64,000 nucleotides of DNA from Camelus dromedarius (Eukaryota). The position numbers and the translations under genes are program-made. The stretch spans positions 39,124,001 to 39,188,000 of the forward strand of contig NC_087437.1 of the NCBI RefSeq assembly GCF_036321535.1, read 5' to 3'. This document shows positions 12,698 to 23,900 of this stretch, piece after piece. The notes under the pieces were generated by a model that saw only the letters and a list, made by a program, of their open reading frames with translations, ran no database searches and was not told the DNA's origin. The first letter of the stretch is position 1. Every line of letters starts with the position of its first letter.

Positions 12698-12733
12698 TGT
12701 GTGTGTGTGTGTGTTTCTGTGTGTGTGTGTGTG
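12698..12733. repeat. Interrupted (TG)n microsatellite, preceded by a short (CA)n run
   Basis: Read directly. Confidence 0.9.
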
Positions 12734-12739
12734 ACACTG

Positions 12740-13300
12740 TGTTTTAATCAGATCTGTTTATTGCATGGTGTCATGTTTTCTTCTTTTACATGTTATGGTT
12801 CAGATGCTTTAGTTTTACATATTGATGTTAATCCTTCCTGCCCTGATGAGCTCCTAATAGACTCCATTTTTTCAGTATCAGAAATTTATCTCTTCTCCAC
12901 AGCTGGAGAGGAACTGTTTTTTTCCTTCTTTCCCCTCCTCTAGTTTTCTATAAAATGTTAAACTCTGACACAACTGGAATTAATACACTGTGTGGTATGA
13001 GGAATGACTCTAAGGTAATTTTTTTCTACATTGATATCACATTGGCCCAATACTTTTTATTAAATAGTAATTTATTTCTCTATTGTTGGGTATTCTTATA
13101 ATCATTTGAATTGATTTTATCAATCTCAGTTGCATTCCATCAGTCTATTTTCATGGGTTTTGAACTCTTTCTTAATATATAACTACTGTTTTGTGATTTT
13201 AAACTCTGATAGAATATAACACACAGAGACATACCGAATTATTTTATTATTTGGACAAAATGATCTCTTCGTGTCCTCTAACATTTCCTTTCGCCAGAAA
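12740..13300 (-). mobile_element. Very old LINE-1 (L1ME-like) ORF2 remnant
   Basis: CTGGAATTAATACACTGTGTGGTATGAGG...ATATCACATTGGCCCAATACTTTTTATTAAATAG resembles degenerate reverse ORF2. Confidence 0.45.
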
Positions 13301-16300
13301 CGGTGTGTTAACTTCTAAAGCCAACTAATATGGTCAAGGAGAAGTAAATGTTATGAGTTGGGAATGAATGACAGATTATTTAGGGTAACACAATATGCCA
13401 AGTGAGTTGTGTCAGCTGATGCAGTGGCATGATTGACAGTTTTCAGTGAATCATTTTATGTATCTGTGAAATTAGGAAGTGAAATCGATGGTCTCTGAGT
13501 TTCCTTAGGATGCTAGAATTTCTGTGAGTTTTTTTTTTTCCTGAAATAACTATCATCATGTGAATGACCCCAGGTCTGACAACATACATCCTTTGTGATG
13601 GGAAGAAAAGCTGGGCCACCGTCTCCTCTGGGGAACCTTCCCTATCTGCTGCCGCAGCCCTCATGGCCAAATCTCCCGCAGCCTCTCCTGCTCGGTACCC
13701 CCGTGGCACCTCACGCATCACTGCACAGGCCCTGGAACAACGTGGTAGAAGAATGATTTCTTAAATGAATTCAGTCCATGTAAGGCCTGTGGAGTGACCT
13801 TCACTGTTAACAATACTTTCCCCTGTGGGTGGAAGCAAGAATAATTTTCCAATCCTGGGAAGTCTGAGGTTCTGGCATCACAGGAATTTGCCTGAGTTGC
13901 TTTCAGGAGGCAGCTTCATCCTGGCCACGGCTCAGATGTTTGAGATCGGAGGGAAAGCTAACATGAGAACTGAAGTACCTGATAAGCATAGTGACAAGAT
14001 GAACATATGTAGATTCTTTGAATTCTCGTCTTAGTCTAGGATGAACAGCAGGACCTGTAGAGACATACAGAATTAGAAACTTAGAATTTCTGAGTCTCTA
14101 TCCAAAACAACATAAAGGATACCCTAAAGTTTAAACTTAAAGCTGCTGCGTCTTGGCACTGAGATTCACTGTTCACCGCCGGTGATAAACTGGTTAGTCC
14201 TGTTACACAAGTGTGCGGGGCTGAGGCTCTGGGAGCTGTGTCTAGACAATGATAATATATAACATAGTAAATAGAAAAGAAATTTTCCCATCTAGCATGT
14301 TTTCTGATTACATCTTAAAGAAGAACATTTTGGTAAATATGTCTAAAATGAAGGTGGGGGTATTTTGCAACTGTAAACCATCCTTGCATAGCAGGGATGT
14401 AGTCCATTAATTCTCAGAGCTCCAGGCAAGGCTGACAATTCATAAGTGGTAAATCCAGAGAGTTATGAAGATATTAAATCTCACATCTGGTGAGAAAATG
14501 TGTTATTTCACTGGGTTGATTGATGGACACTTTCCCATTACAGTGCAATTTGGGAAATCGCACTGTTAATTGCCAGGGTTTTAGCAAAGCTCTGTAGTTC
14601 AATTCCAATTACTTTAGTTTTGAAAAACAGAACAGCTGGATGGTAAAATTGCCTGGAGCTGTCACCGAGGGAGGGCACAAGCCAGCAACCCGACCTCTGC
14701 CATTCCTGACTTGGATTTTCTACAGGACTGTTAGTTAGTGAAATTGCAGGCTCCTGGTAGTATGTCCCTTTGCCATGCACTTTCTTCTGGCTCAGAAGCA
14801 AGTCTGTTTGCTTACCGCTCAGGTGATCACCACCCCGTCATCTGGAGCCGTCCCGTTACTACTCATTTGCCTCCCTCTTCACAGGGGAGAGATGAGAAAA
14901 GTGAAATCTCATCATTTCTTGATCCCTTACTGCAAGGTGGTCTCTTTCTTGTTTTAGAGCGAGCGTGGTTTTAAACCTCCTCTGCAGAGTTTTCTTTTGC
15001 TGTCACACTGACCTTTCAAGTCTCTGGCTATGGGGCAAATTACATGTCTCCACACACAATCTCTTTGTCTCTGGCTAAATATAGAAAGAACGACTCCAGT
15101 TGTGTTTTGGAAATGACCTGGTGCCAGCAGCTAACTGTAATCAAACTGGGCGATTCAGCCCCGGACTCCGCGTGTCTCCCCCAGCTCACTGGCTGGCTGA
15201 GCTAGATACAGAGCAGATGTTTCCTTTGGTTAATATCATGTAGGTTCCAGGAGGCTCTGCCTTGCTTGGTGCAGCTGTAAATATATAAGGGGCTTTCTTC
15301 AGGAGTTTCAGGATTTAAGAGCCATCATGAAGTGAGGGCATGGCAACTCAGATAAAATCTCCATGAGGACAAGGTTGGGGAAGGGTTTCCAGGGGAAGTA
15401 TTTGTGAAGAGAAGGAGCGCTTAGTTGTGCAGATGGGAAATTTGGAGAAGACAGTGTCTTGCCTTCCAAGAATCTCTTCTTACTTTTTAATATCTATGTT
15501 GAATACTGTAAATTCAAATTAATAATTTGTGATGCCCTGTTAAATTAATCCTCTTGAAATATGTGTTCAGTGTATTTTGACAGGGCGAGTTGAGGGGCAG
15601 GGGCTACAGAGAATGAACCTTTTCTCTCTGGAAACTGTCCTGAGCAATGTACTCCAGCCCCAGACCTACATAATATTTAGCTAAACAAATATGTGCCCAA
15701 ACTACTGTTATTCTTGGAGGAATCCTTTCTGGGAAACTAACTCCCCCTCCCTCCCTCAGAGCCTTGCTCTAAGGTGACTGTATATCTCTGTGGTCTGTGC
15801 CTTGTTCTAACACAGTTATTAACAACCCCCCATAACTCAAAAGAATCGTGAGTTGTAAGATAAATTATATAGTCACCCTCCTCATTAATGTATGTCTTCT
15901 GAACCACAAACAGTGCTGAACCTGAGAGGAAATGTGGTAAGTAAAATGTTCTCTGTCCCCTTGATTTCCTGTCCTGTTCTTAACCTTTGTGGACAGATAC
16001 TCTAAGGAGTGATTCATCCCTCAATCAAGCCGCACATAAATTCCCAAAGCCGTGGAAATTTATGTCTGATGGAACCCTTAAAAACAAACAAATAAAAAAC
16101 CTCTCTGCAAAAGCAAGGGCCTGACCATCTTTTCAAAAACCAAGACTTCATGTTGTTCGTCAACGTTCATTGGTGTGTCATTTGTCATTGTTTCTTACTT
16201 TGTATTTTGCATCAGTGGCAAATCTGTCACTTCTGACATCTTGAAATACTACCTTTCTAAGCTGTTGAATTATCTCCTCTAACTCTTTTCTTCCTGACAC

Positions 16301-16615
16301 TGAACAGCCCCATCACTTTCTCTCTTCTCTTATAGATCCCTTTTTCCACCTTCTCACCCCTGTTGGTCTGTCTCTGTTGTTTTCTGAAGACTGGGCAGAG
16401 CTTTTGAACAATGTGTGTCTCGTGGTGAGCAGAGGTAGGATTGTTTATGTGACCTTTTTGAGGGACCCCGAACGCTGCACTACCAATGCACATTTTTTTC
16501 AGTAGAGACTGGACTCTTCACTGCAATCCTCCAAAGCCATTTCTTGACAGTACAGATTTTAGTATCTTGTTTTCAGTGTGTGCACTAGATATTTTTCTTC
16601 ATTGAAATTAATTTA

Positions 16616-17026
16616 TAGTCAGCCTTCTGGATCCACAGTTTCTGCATCTGTGGATTCAATCAACCATGAATCAAAAATATACAGGATATGTGTACATGTA
16701 ACTGAATCACTTTTCTGTACACCTGAAACTAACACTGTAAATAAACTACACTTCAATAAAAAAATTTTTAAAACATATACAGAAAAAAATTCCAGACAAT
16801 TCCAAAAAGCAAAACTTGAATTTGTGGCACACTGGCAACTGTTTACATAGCATTTACATTTGTATTGGGTATTATAAGTAATTTAGGTGATTTAAAGTAG
16901 ATGGAGGATGTGCATAGATTATATGCAGATACCACGCCATTTTATATGAGGGACTTGAGCATCCTTAGATTTTGGCATCTCTAGGGGAACTGGAACCAAT
17001 CCCCCGTAGATACTGAGAGACAACTG
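16616..17026 (-). mobile_element. MER2/MER2B-like Tigger (TcMar) MITE, interrupted by an L1 tail
   Basis: TA-flanked; GGGACTTGAGCATCCTTAGATTTTGGCATC...GGAACCAATCCCCCGTAGATACTGAGAGACAACTG is the reverse MER2 end. Confidence 0.9.
16685..16770 (+). mobile_element. 86-bp LINE-1 3' tail inserted in the MER2-like element
   Basis: AACTGAATCACTTTTCTGTACACCTGAAACTAACAC...CTTCAATAAAAAAA; TSD AAAAATATACAG (16673-16684) / AAACATATACAG (16771-16782). Confidence 0.9.
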
Positions 17027-17076
17027 TATTTATACTCCTAACAACAGGGGCCATCTATTTAGATTCTAGTTTGTGC

Positions 17077-17499
17077 TGTCAACCAAAAATACAATGCAAG
17101 AGGCTGCAAATAAGGAAATAGTTTATTTGGGGTTTTAAGAATTGCAATTCGGGAGACACAGATTCTGGTAACCTGAAAGAGTGTTCTGAGGAAGGGAAAG
17201 AGGGGCTTATAAAGACAAAGAGCCATCAGTTTGTTAAAGGTTGCCTATTGAGAATTGTGATTAACTCTGACACTAGTCAGAAAATATTTGTCCTTAAGGA
17301 ATCATGAGTTACTTTAGGGTAAGAGTCCGAGAAGTATCTTGAATTTCTGGCAGGTTTTCTGGATGACTTCATCAGGTCAAGAGGTCAGATTCCATTCAGG
17401 CTGAGAGGTGCATAAGTCGTAATACTTCCTCAATGGCCTTCTGGCTCCGTTTGAGAGCTTTCTTAGCGATCCCGACTCTGTTTTGATTTTCCTTTCACA
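17077..17499 (-). mobile_element. ERV1-class solo LTR
   Basis: TG...CA termini, 4-bp TSD GTGC/GTTC, reverse poly(A) signal TTTATT near the left end. Confidence 0.8.
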
Positions 17500-17830
17500 G
17501 TTCTCAATCTCGACCTTCTTCTAGAAAGTCCCTGAGATTCAGCTCTGTTCTATCCTCTCCCTTTGCAAAACTGTTGCTGCATAGAAAATTGGATTCTTTT
17601 ATTTTAATTTTTAGTAATTTGGTTATTCTAGTTCCATAATCATTTCCCATGTGTGATTTTTGTCTCCCTGGCTATATTTAAAGCGTACTGGAGAGTAAAA
17701 ACCATGTCTTCATGCACTTTTTGGATTTCTTACAGAACTGAGGTGAACATCAAGTATATGAAAACTTTGCCGTGGTCAGCTTGACAGATCCTTGGCCAAA
17801 GATGTCAGTACCATTCTTGGATAGGGGACC

Positions 17831-18130
17831 TGTTTTAGTCAGGCCTCTTTGATTAAAAGCATCCGAAACCATCTCTAACTTAAGTAAAACTTACTTACGT
17901 GACAGTGAGGCTGTTGCTGTGACCTATGGAAGGGTTATGGGGGTTGCCAGAAAACTGAAGCAACAATAGAAAACCTAATCTTAGAAACAGCTGGACGTAC
18001 GGCAGCCCTAAGGTTCCACATAATTGTTATTAATAAGAAAATTCTTTGATCATTGTGCTGTTCAGTTCAAGGTTCAAATTCTAGGAGGGAGATCAGGTCT
18101 TATATTCATTTTTTGAACAAGGAAGGGTGG
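17831..18130 (-). mobile_element. Old MaLR LTR (MLT1J/K/L-like) remnant
   Basis: Starts TGTTTTAGTCAGG...GAAACCATCTCTAACTTAAG and contains TTCAAGGTTCAAATTCTAGGAGGGAGA. Confidence 0.45.
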
Positions 18131-18213
18131 GTGTTACCTTCATGACCGGGACCGGGATCAGCATTACCTTCATGACCGGGACCGGGATCAGTGTTACTTT
18201 CCTGAATGGGACC
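18131..18213. repeat. 30-bp tandem repeat, about 2.8 copies
   Basis: GTGTTACCTTCATGACCGGGACCGGGATCA / GCATTACCTTCATGACCGGGACCGGGATCA / GTGTTACTTTCCTGAATGGGACC. Confidence 0.92.
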
Positions 18214-19245
18214 AATGAGTTGGATAAAGACTTCAAAAAGCCCTACCCCTACAGCCTTCTCTTTCTGTATGCTACTTCAGGCTCCACGCATCTAAAGGTG
18301 CAATGAGGCATTACCAGCCACCGAGTGTCCTTTGATCCAGGTCACTGATGTTTCTTTTACATTTCTTACCCAAATAAACATGCGTATAACTCTACTACTC
18401 CACAATGCATTTATTTCTAGATTATCCTACGGCTTTTCTCCATTTAGAAGTTTTACTGTAAGCTTTTATATCCCTGTGGCTTCTACTGGATTTCTATGCA
18501 GGTTAAGGGAATGAATGACAGTGCAAAGCTGCTAGCTCTGATAGAATGCTGTTAACCAGGGGAATTTATGCATGATTTGAAAACTTTAAGTTATAACAGT
18601 TTTGTATTCCCTTTAGTCATATGTTCAAAGTAATGTGCTGTCCTGTTATTCTTCCCAGCTGAATTTTTAAACTGAAATTTCTTGACATGGGTGAAGATAG
18701 TAAAAACATTGTTTTCTCTATTTTTTCTATATTACCTCTTCTCAGGTAAGATCAACCTAAATTCCTAAAACTTAGAAGTTTCTACAGAATGTTAATAAAT
18801 AGAGTTAATATAGTCTAAAGTAGCCTCTTGTTGAATATTAAAGAAAAAAGATGATTGACTCGGAAATTATTATGTCCCATATAGTAACACTATTTTTCTC
18901 TTGTATGATGACAGTATTGTGCTGATATAAAAATCGCTTTCATTAATTTATGTTATTGTATTATGATACATTTTATTAATATGTTATTTGTTAGTATTTA
19001 ACATAGTGTTTTATTGTAAAATTGACAACTTACCATTAATAATTGAATTAAAATAATTTATGTGTTTTAAATCATGATTGAATTATATTATAGCATGGTG
19101 CTTTTTTTTTTTTTTTTTTTTGGTGGGACTTGTCATTTTTTAAAAGACAACCTACAGGAAAAAAGCTGATACTAACTTTTGTTTGTAGTGCAATTATGAC
19201 ATTATGAAATACTTTCATACTTGTTACTTAATTTTTGGTCATAAC

Positions 19246-19737
19246 TGTGACGTGAGAATGACAGGTGATTTAGCTTGGGGGCTTTGAGTCACATGGTACC
19301 AGTTAACATGGAGACAGAAATCAACCATGTGACCAGTCAATCATACTACATAATGGAGCCCCAAGAAAATCTCTGCACACTGAGGCTTGGGTGAGCGTCC
19401 TTTGTTGTCAACACTGTGTATTGTCACACACGGTTGCCAGGAGTAACATGAAGAGAGGACAAGGGGAGCCCCATGTTTGGTACTTCCCTGAACTCCCCTC
19501 AGTGTGTTTTGTCTCTTGGATGCTTTTCATCTGTATCCTTCCCTGTAATAAACTGTAACTGTGAGTGCAGCAGCCTTCAGGGAGCCCTGTGAGTCCCTCT
19601 AGAGAATTATTGAGCCTAAGGGTAGATTGGGAATACCCCAAACTTACAGTGAGTGTCAGAAGTGAAGGAAGATTTGGAGACTCTGCCCTCTAATTTTGCA
19701 GTTGCCTGAGCTCCCAAGAAGTTGGCCTAAACTTTCA
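19246..19737 (+). mobile_element. MER21-like ERVL LTR
   Basis: CTGAGGCTTGGGTGAGC...GTAATAAACTGTAACTGTGAGT...CTGTGAGTCCCTCTAGAGAATTATTGAGCCT...GTGTCAGAAGTGA; TG...CA ends. Confidence 0.8.
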
Positions 19738-21599
19738 TAAGAAGAGACTGATCCATTGGACTTTGAATTAATATAGTATTGAAATCCTGAAGTTATTAAT
19801 TTTCCTATCCTATTCTATCGTGCCAGTTATTTTGTAAAAGAAATGAATTATGGTTTCAATTCAGCACATTTATGCCAGGCTTTGCCCCTATATTAACTAT
19901 TTTCCAAGTTTATTAAGATAAATGTATTTGTTTAAAGAACCCAGTCAATTGAGACCATAATAGTTTAAAAAACTTTTCTTTTTAAAAACTGTGTTTTATC
20001 ATAAAATGTTTTCAAAATAACTAAAGAGAAAGAAGAAAGAAAAAAATTAAAGAGGAAAAAATCCACACATATGATAAAAATTCAAACAGTAATAAAATTT
20101 TAATCTATGGGAAAGTAAATCTCTTGCCTTCCTCCTCTCATGGAATCTTTTAAGTTTCTTAAAAGAAGAATTACTTCCCCCTTTTAGTTTTTACATTTAT
20201 GTATCTATTAATGTTAGAGGATCCCTTTTAGACTGACTGAAGTCCTTAGGGTTCTATTTGTGTGTGAAATTTCAAGCCACGTATTCACACACAGTTTCTC
20301 AATGTCCTTTCTGTCTGCTTATCAGCAATTAGCAGGCCCCACTTCATTTTGTTTCTAATCTCTATTTACATTGCTTCTTTTATTATCCTTCTTTCATGCC
20401 TGCTAGCTACCATTTCGTTAGCCTTTTTGATTTGATGCCTCTTTTATTTAAAAATATTTGTTCCTCTTTACCGTATCAGTTCAACTACTGTTTGATTGTT
20501 GAATACCTACTATATGTGAGACATCAGTGTATATTTTGAGTTACATTTTGGAAAAAGCCAAATCTTAGGTAATGAGCCTCTTTACTGTGCTTTCCATTCT
20601 GACGTTAGTTTGGGGGAGGCGTGGTGTGTGTGTTGCCAGCCATCAGGAATGAAGTGTATGATCATCTCAACAAATACTGTCACATTTCAGCTGGAGAAAC
20701 TGAATGAATTAAATGACAGCTAATTTAAGGCAAAGCAGGAATCAGAGTGTAGGTCTCTGAACCTCAGTGTACAGCATTATGATTGCATTTCCTTTTCCTT
20801 CTCCATATTACTGGTTCAGAAAAGTCCCAGATTCAGAGTTTTCAAATTGGAGACTTGCAAGACACCTTCACACAAATTACAACTCCCTCTAATTTTGAAT
20901 ACAAAGTTGTGTGTTCAAGGAACAAAGGAGTTCATGGCTCTAAGTATTTAGATGACCTAGCAACTTTCTTAAGAATTATGGAAACTTCTTTTCAGTGTGG
21001 TTGCTAATTCATCTCCAGCCTGCTCTACGCTAGTTAGGAGTTGTCAGAATTGAATGTTTATCCTAAAACAGATGGGAAAGATTTGTACCTGGACTTGTTT
21101 GAATCTGGATAACTAGGACTACAGTTGGCATTCACAGTGATGGTGAAATAGATGGTTTCTGCAGAGGATACAGTGGGCAAACAAGCTTTCTTTAACACAG
21201 TGTGTTACTTTAGGCATGTTCTCTTCCTTTTTACCTTTAACTGATAAATCTAAAACCAAGAAGGTATATAACTTGTTTTCAGTACTAGACACGCCAAATC
21301 TTCAATTTCAGATTCCGTCCCTTCTCAAAAGTTTCCATGGAAGTCACCTGCATGCCAGAGGGAAGTGACTTCCGGCTGGAGGACACAGCAGCCTTTCGCA
21401 AGCAAAAGTGCTTTGAAGTAATAGCCTTTTGTTTGTTTTAATTGAAAAATTATGTCTTACATGTTCTTTTTTTTACTAAAATAACTGTTTAATTTGTCAC
21501 CCCAGAGGTATGTGCCATACTTATTTTGTAGTTTGGCATATTTCTATCACATGTGTCTCCTAGTTTAAGAAGCACAGACATAGAATATGTGAATTTTGG

Positions 21600-21796
21600 A
21601 GGCCATAGGTTTTTGTTCATAGATGGTCTCAGAGGTTTTTTTTTTTTATGTATTAATATAGGTTGAGAGTTAGAAAGAAGAGACCTACTAAGGAGCATTT
21701 CCCAAATATATTTTACCGTAAAACATTCTTCATGCCATTCACTTCCTGGCATCTTAAGGAATGAGTGTTCCAAGGAACACAGTTTGGGAAAGGCTG
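21600..21796. mobile_element. MER103-like hAT-Charlie MITE
   Basis: GCATTTCCCAAATATATTTTACC...GTGTTCCAAGGAACACAGTTTGGGAAAGGCTG. Confidence 0.7.
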
Positions 21797-23184
21797 TCTA
21801 ATTCATTTTACCTCTCCATTTTATTGTGTAAATACATTTTTTTCTTAAAACAATTTCTCTTAATTTAAAAGTTAGATACTATAAAAATTTGTTCTGTTAT
21901 AATATCAGAAGTTTTCTGTTTTGTTATTTCTTTTAAAGCTTGTCATAAAACTTTGTCTGCTATTTGGATAAAAATTTTTACGAGATCTTCTCAGTGTTTA
22001 AGAATAATGTTGTCCTTAGATCACCAGCCTAGGATAACTTGTTACCTGGATTTTGACACTAAGTGCTCTAGGATTCCAACCTTTTTAGTCATATAATCTC
22101 TCTTCACCTCAATTGCTTGTTTAAAAATGTAAAACATTACAATTAAAAAAGAGGTTATATCTGTCCTATCCATTTCACAGTGCTTTCTGTATTGTATTAG
22201 TTAAATTTACTGTGTAAACTAGAAAATATGACAAGGCAAAATATTATCAATATTTTACCATTGTTACATGACTCACCACATTTCCATGTAACCTTTTATA
22301 AACGTTGGTAGAGACTCACAAACATGGCTGAGAACTATTTGAAGAAAAGTAATGACAGATCATTATCAAATGTGAGTTTCTTCTAGCAGTTTCTTCCATC
22401 ATCTTTTTAAAAGAACCCTCTCTATATGTTTATATAAGTTAGGTAGCTTTAATTTGTTTCTGCTTATTTGCTCTCAGCTATCACAGCTACCATTCCCCTG
22501 GGAGGCTTTCTTTTTCTTATAATTTATTTTTAAGTGAGATGGCAAAACTGCTTTAGTTTAATGCATTTTTTTTTCCTACAGGTTCCCTGTAAGTAGCATT
22601 TATGAGCAATTTCAGATTTCTTGTGTTATAATGGCATTTTAAAAAGATTATCCTTAGGCATTATGATGGTTTCAGAATAAATCTATCTAAAAATTTCATC
22701 TTTGTTGTGAAAAAGAAAGCTCCTAAATGTCTTTAAACATAGTCCATCTTTCAGAGACCTTCTGTCGGGAGACAAGTTTGTCTCCTGAGTATATTGAACA
22801 ATAGTAATTCGTGGCATTTATTCAGCCTTGTGCATTTTCAAAGCAATCTGCAGTCATCAATTCATTTAACCACCCAGCAATCCCAGCACTGAGGAGCAAA
22901 TGTAGTCCGACCACCACTTGAGCTGGTATTAGCACCCCAAATTGCCTCTGTGCTCACACCGCCCAGCCTTGCTTTGAGTAAAAATCACCCTTGGAACAAA
23001 TTAAAGGCTAAATGTAAGCTACCTCCGTCTACATCTTTGTCTTTTGTTTGCTCATAAGTGAAATAGTCTATTGCCGTTTCAGTGGGAGCTGTCTGTGTCC
23101 CCGGTACTCCTCAGAGATCGTTTGCTTGTGTAAATATGACGACAGGCTGTTGTGGTGAGATCCTTTTAGGGAACATTTTGTACT

Positions 23185-23435
23185 CACCCTTTAAGGTCCA
23201 ACTCAGATGTTATTTTATAACTGCAATGTTCCATAAAACTTCTCCTTCTGTCTTCCCCTGACTTAATTAATTTCTCCCTCCTGTGTTCTCACAGAATTTT
23301 ATACATACTTCTGTTACAGCTCTTGCCACAATCTTGGTGTTGCTCTAAGTCTAGACTGGGAACATTTCTATGGCCTGAAACTGTGTCTTATTTATAAATC
23401 TATCCTCATCCCTTAACACAGTGTCTGGAATATGT
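23185..23435 (+). mobile_element. L2 3' region
   Basis: CCTTTAAGGTCCAACTCAGATGT...CTAGACTGGGAAC...CTGTGTCTTATTTAT...ACAGTGTCTGGAATA. Confidence 0.7.
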
Positions 23436-23784
23436 GGAAACCCAAGCGTTTTTAATTTCCATTTTAGAACTTAGCTTCTCCAAGTGGCTTTCACTGAACC
23501 ATTTACACTTTACTCTTGATGTAAAAAGTTGATGAGGTGGAGGTAGGGGGATCCAAATTAGATGGGTTTAGGGCAGTTTCCCTGGCGGCATTGCTGTTTT
23601 GGCTACTTTCTCAGAATGATGAGGTGAGATTTTGGTGAAGCTGAGAGGAGGAAACCAACAAGGGTGTTTGAAAGCTCCGAGGCCAGAAACGGCATAACCC
23701 ACTGGACTGTGAATAGCTTTAATGATAGTGGCCATCACATGTCGGCCTTCTCTTCGTCATCATCACTGCCATTGTCATCTTACA

Positions 23785-23900
23785 GTTACCATTTACAGGT
23801 GCCTGGTGCCGTCCTAGGTGCCTTACAGACTCCATCGCACATTATAATCATCATGGCCGTGCAATGTAGGAATTGCAAGGTGGCCAGGACTTGAACCTCA
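23785..23900 (-). mobile_element. MIR SINE fragment
   Basis: GTGCCTGGTGCCGTCCTAGGTGCCTTACA...GTGGCCAGGACTTGAACC. Confidence 0.5.

Noticed and set aside
13820..14210. Possible ancient LTR ending ...GTCCTGTTACA
   Set aside because: Only the 3' end is suggestive; no TSD or family could be assigned by eye.
18131..18213. CRISPR-like array
   Set aside because: Units are head-to-tail with no unique spacers, in eukaryotic DNA with no cas genes.
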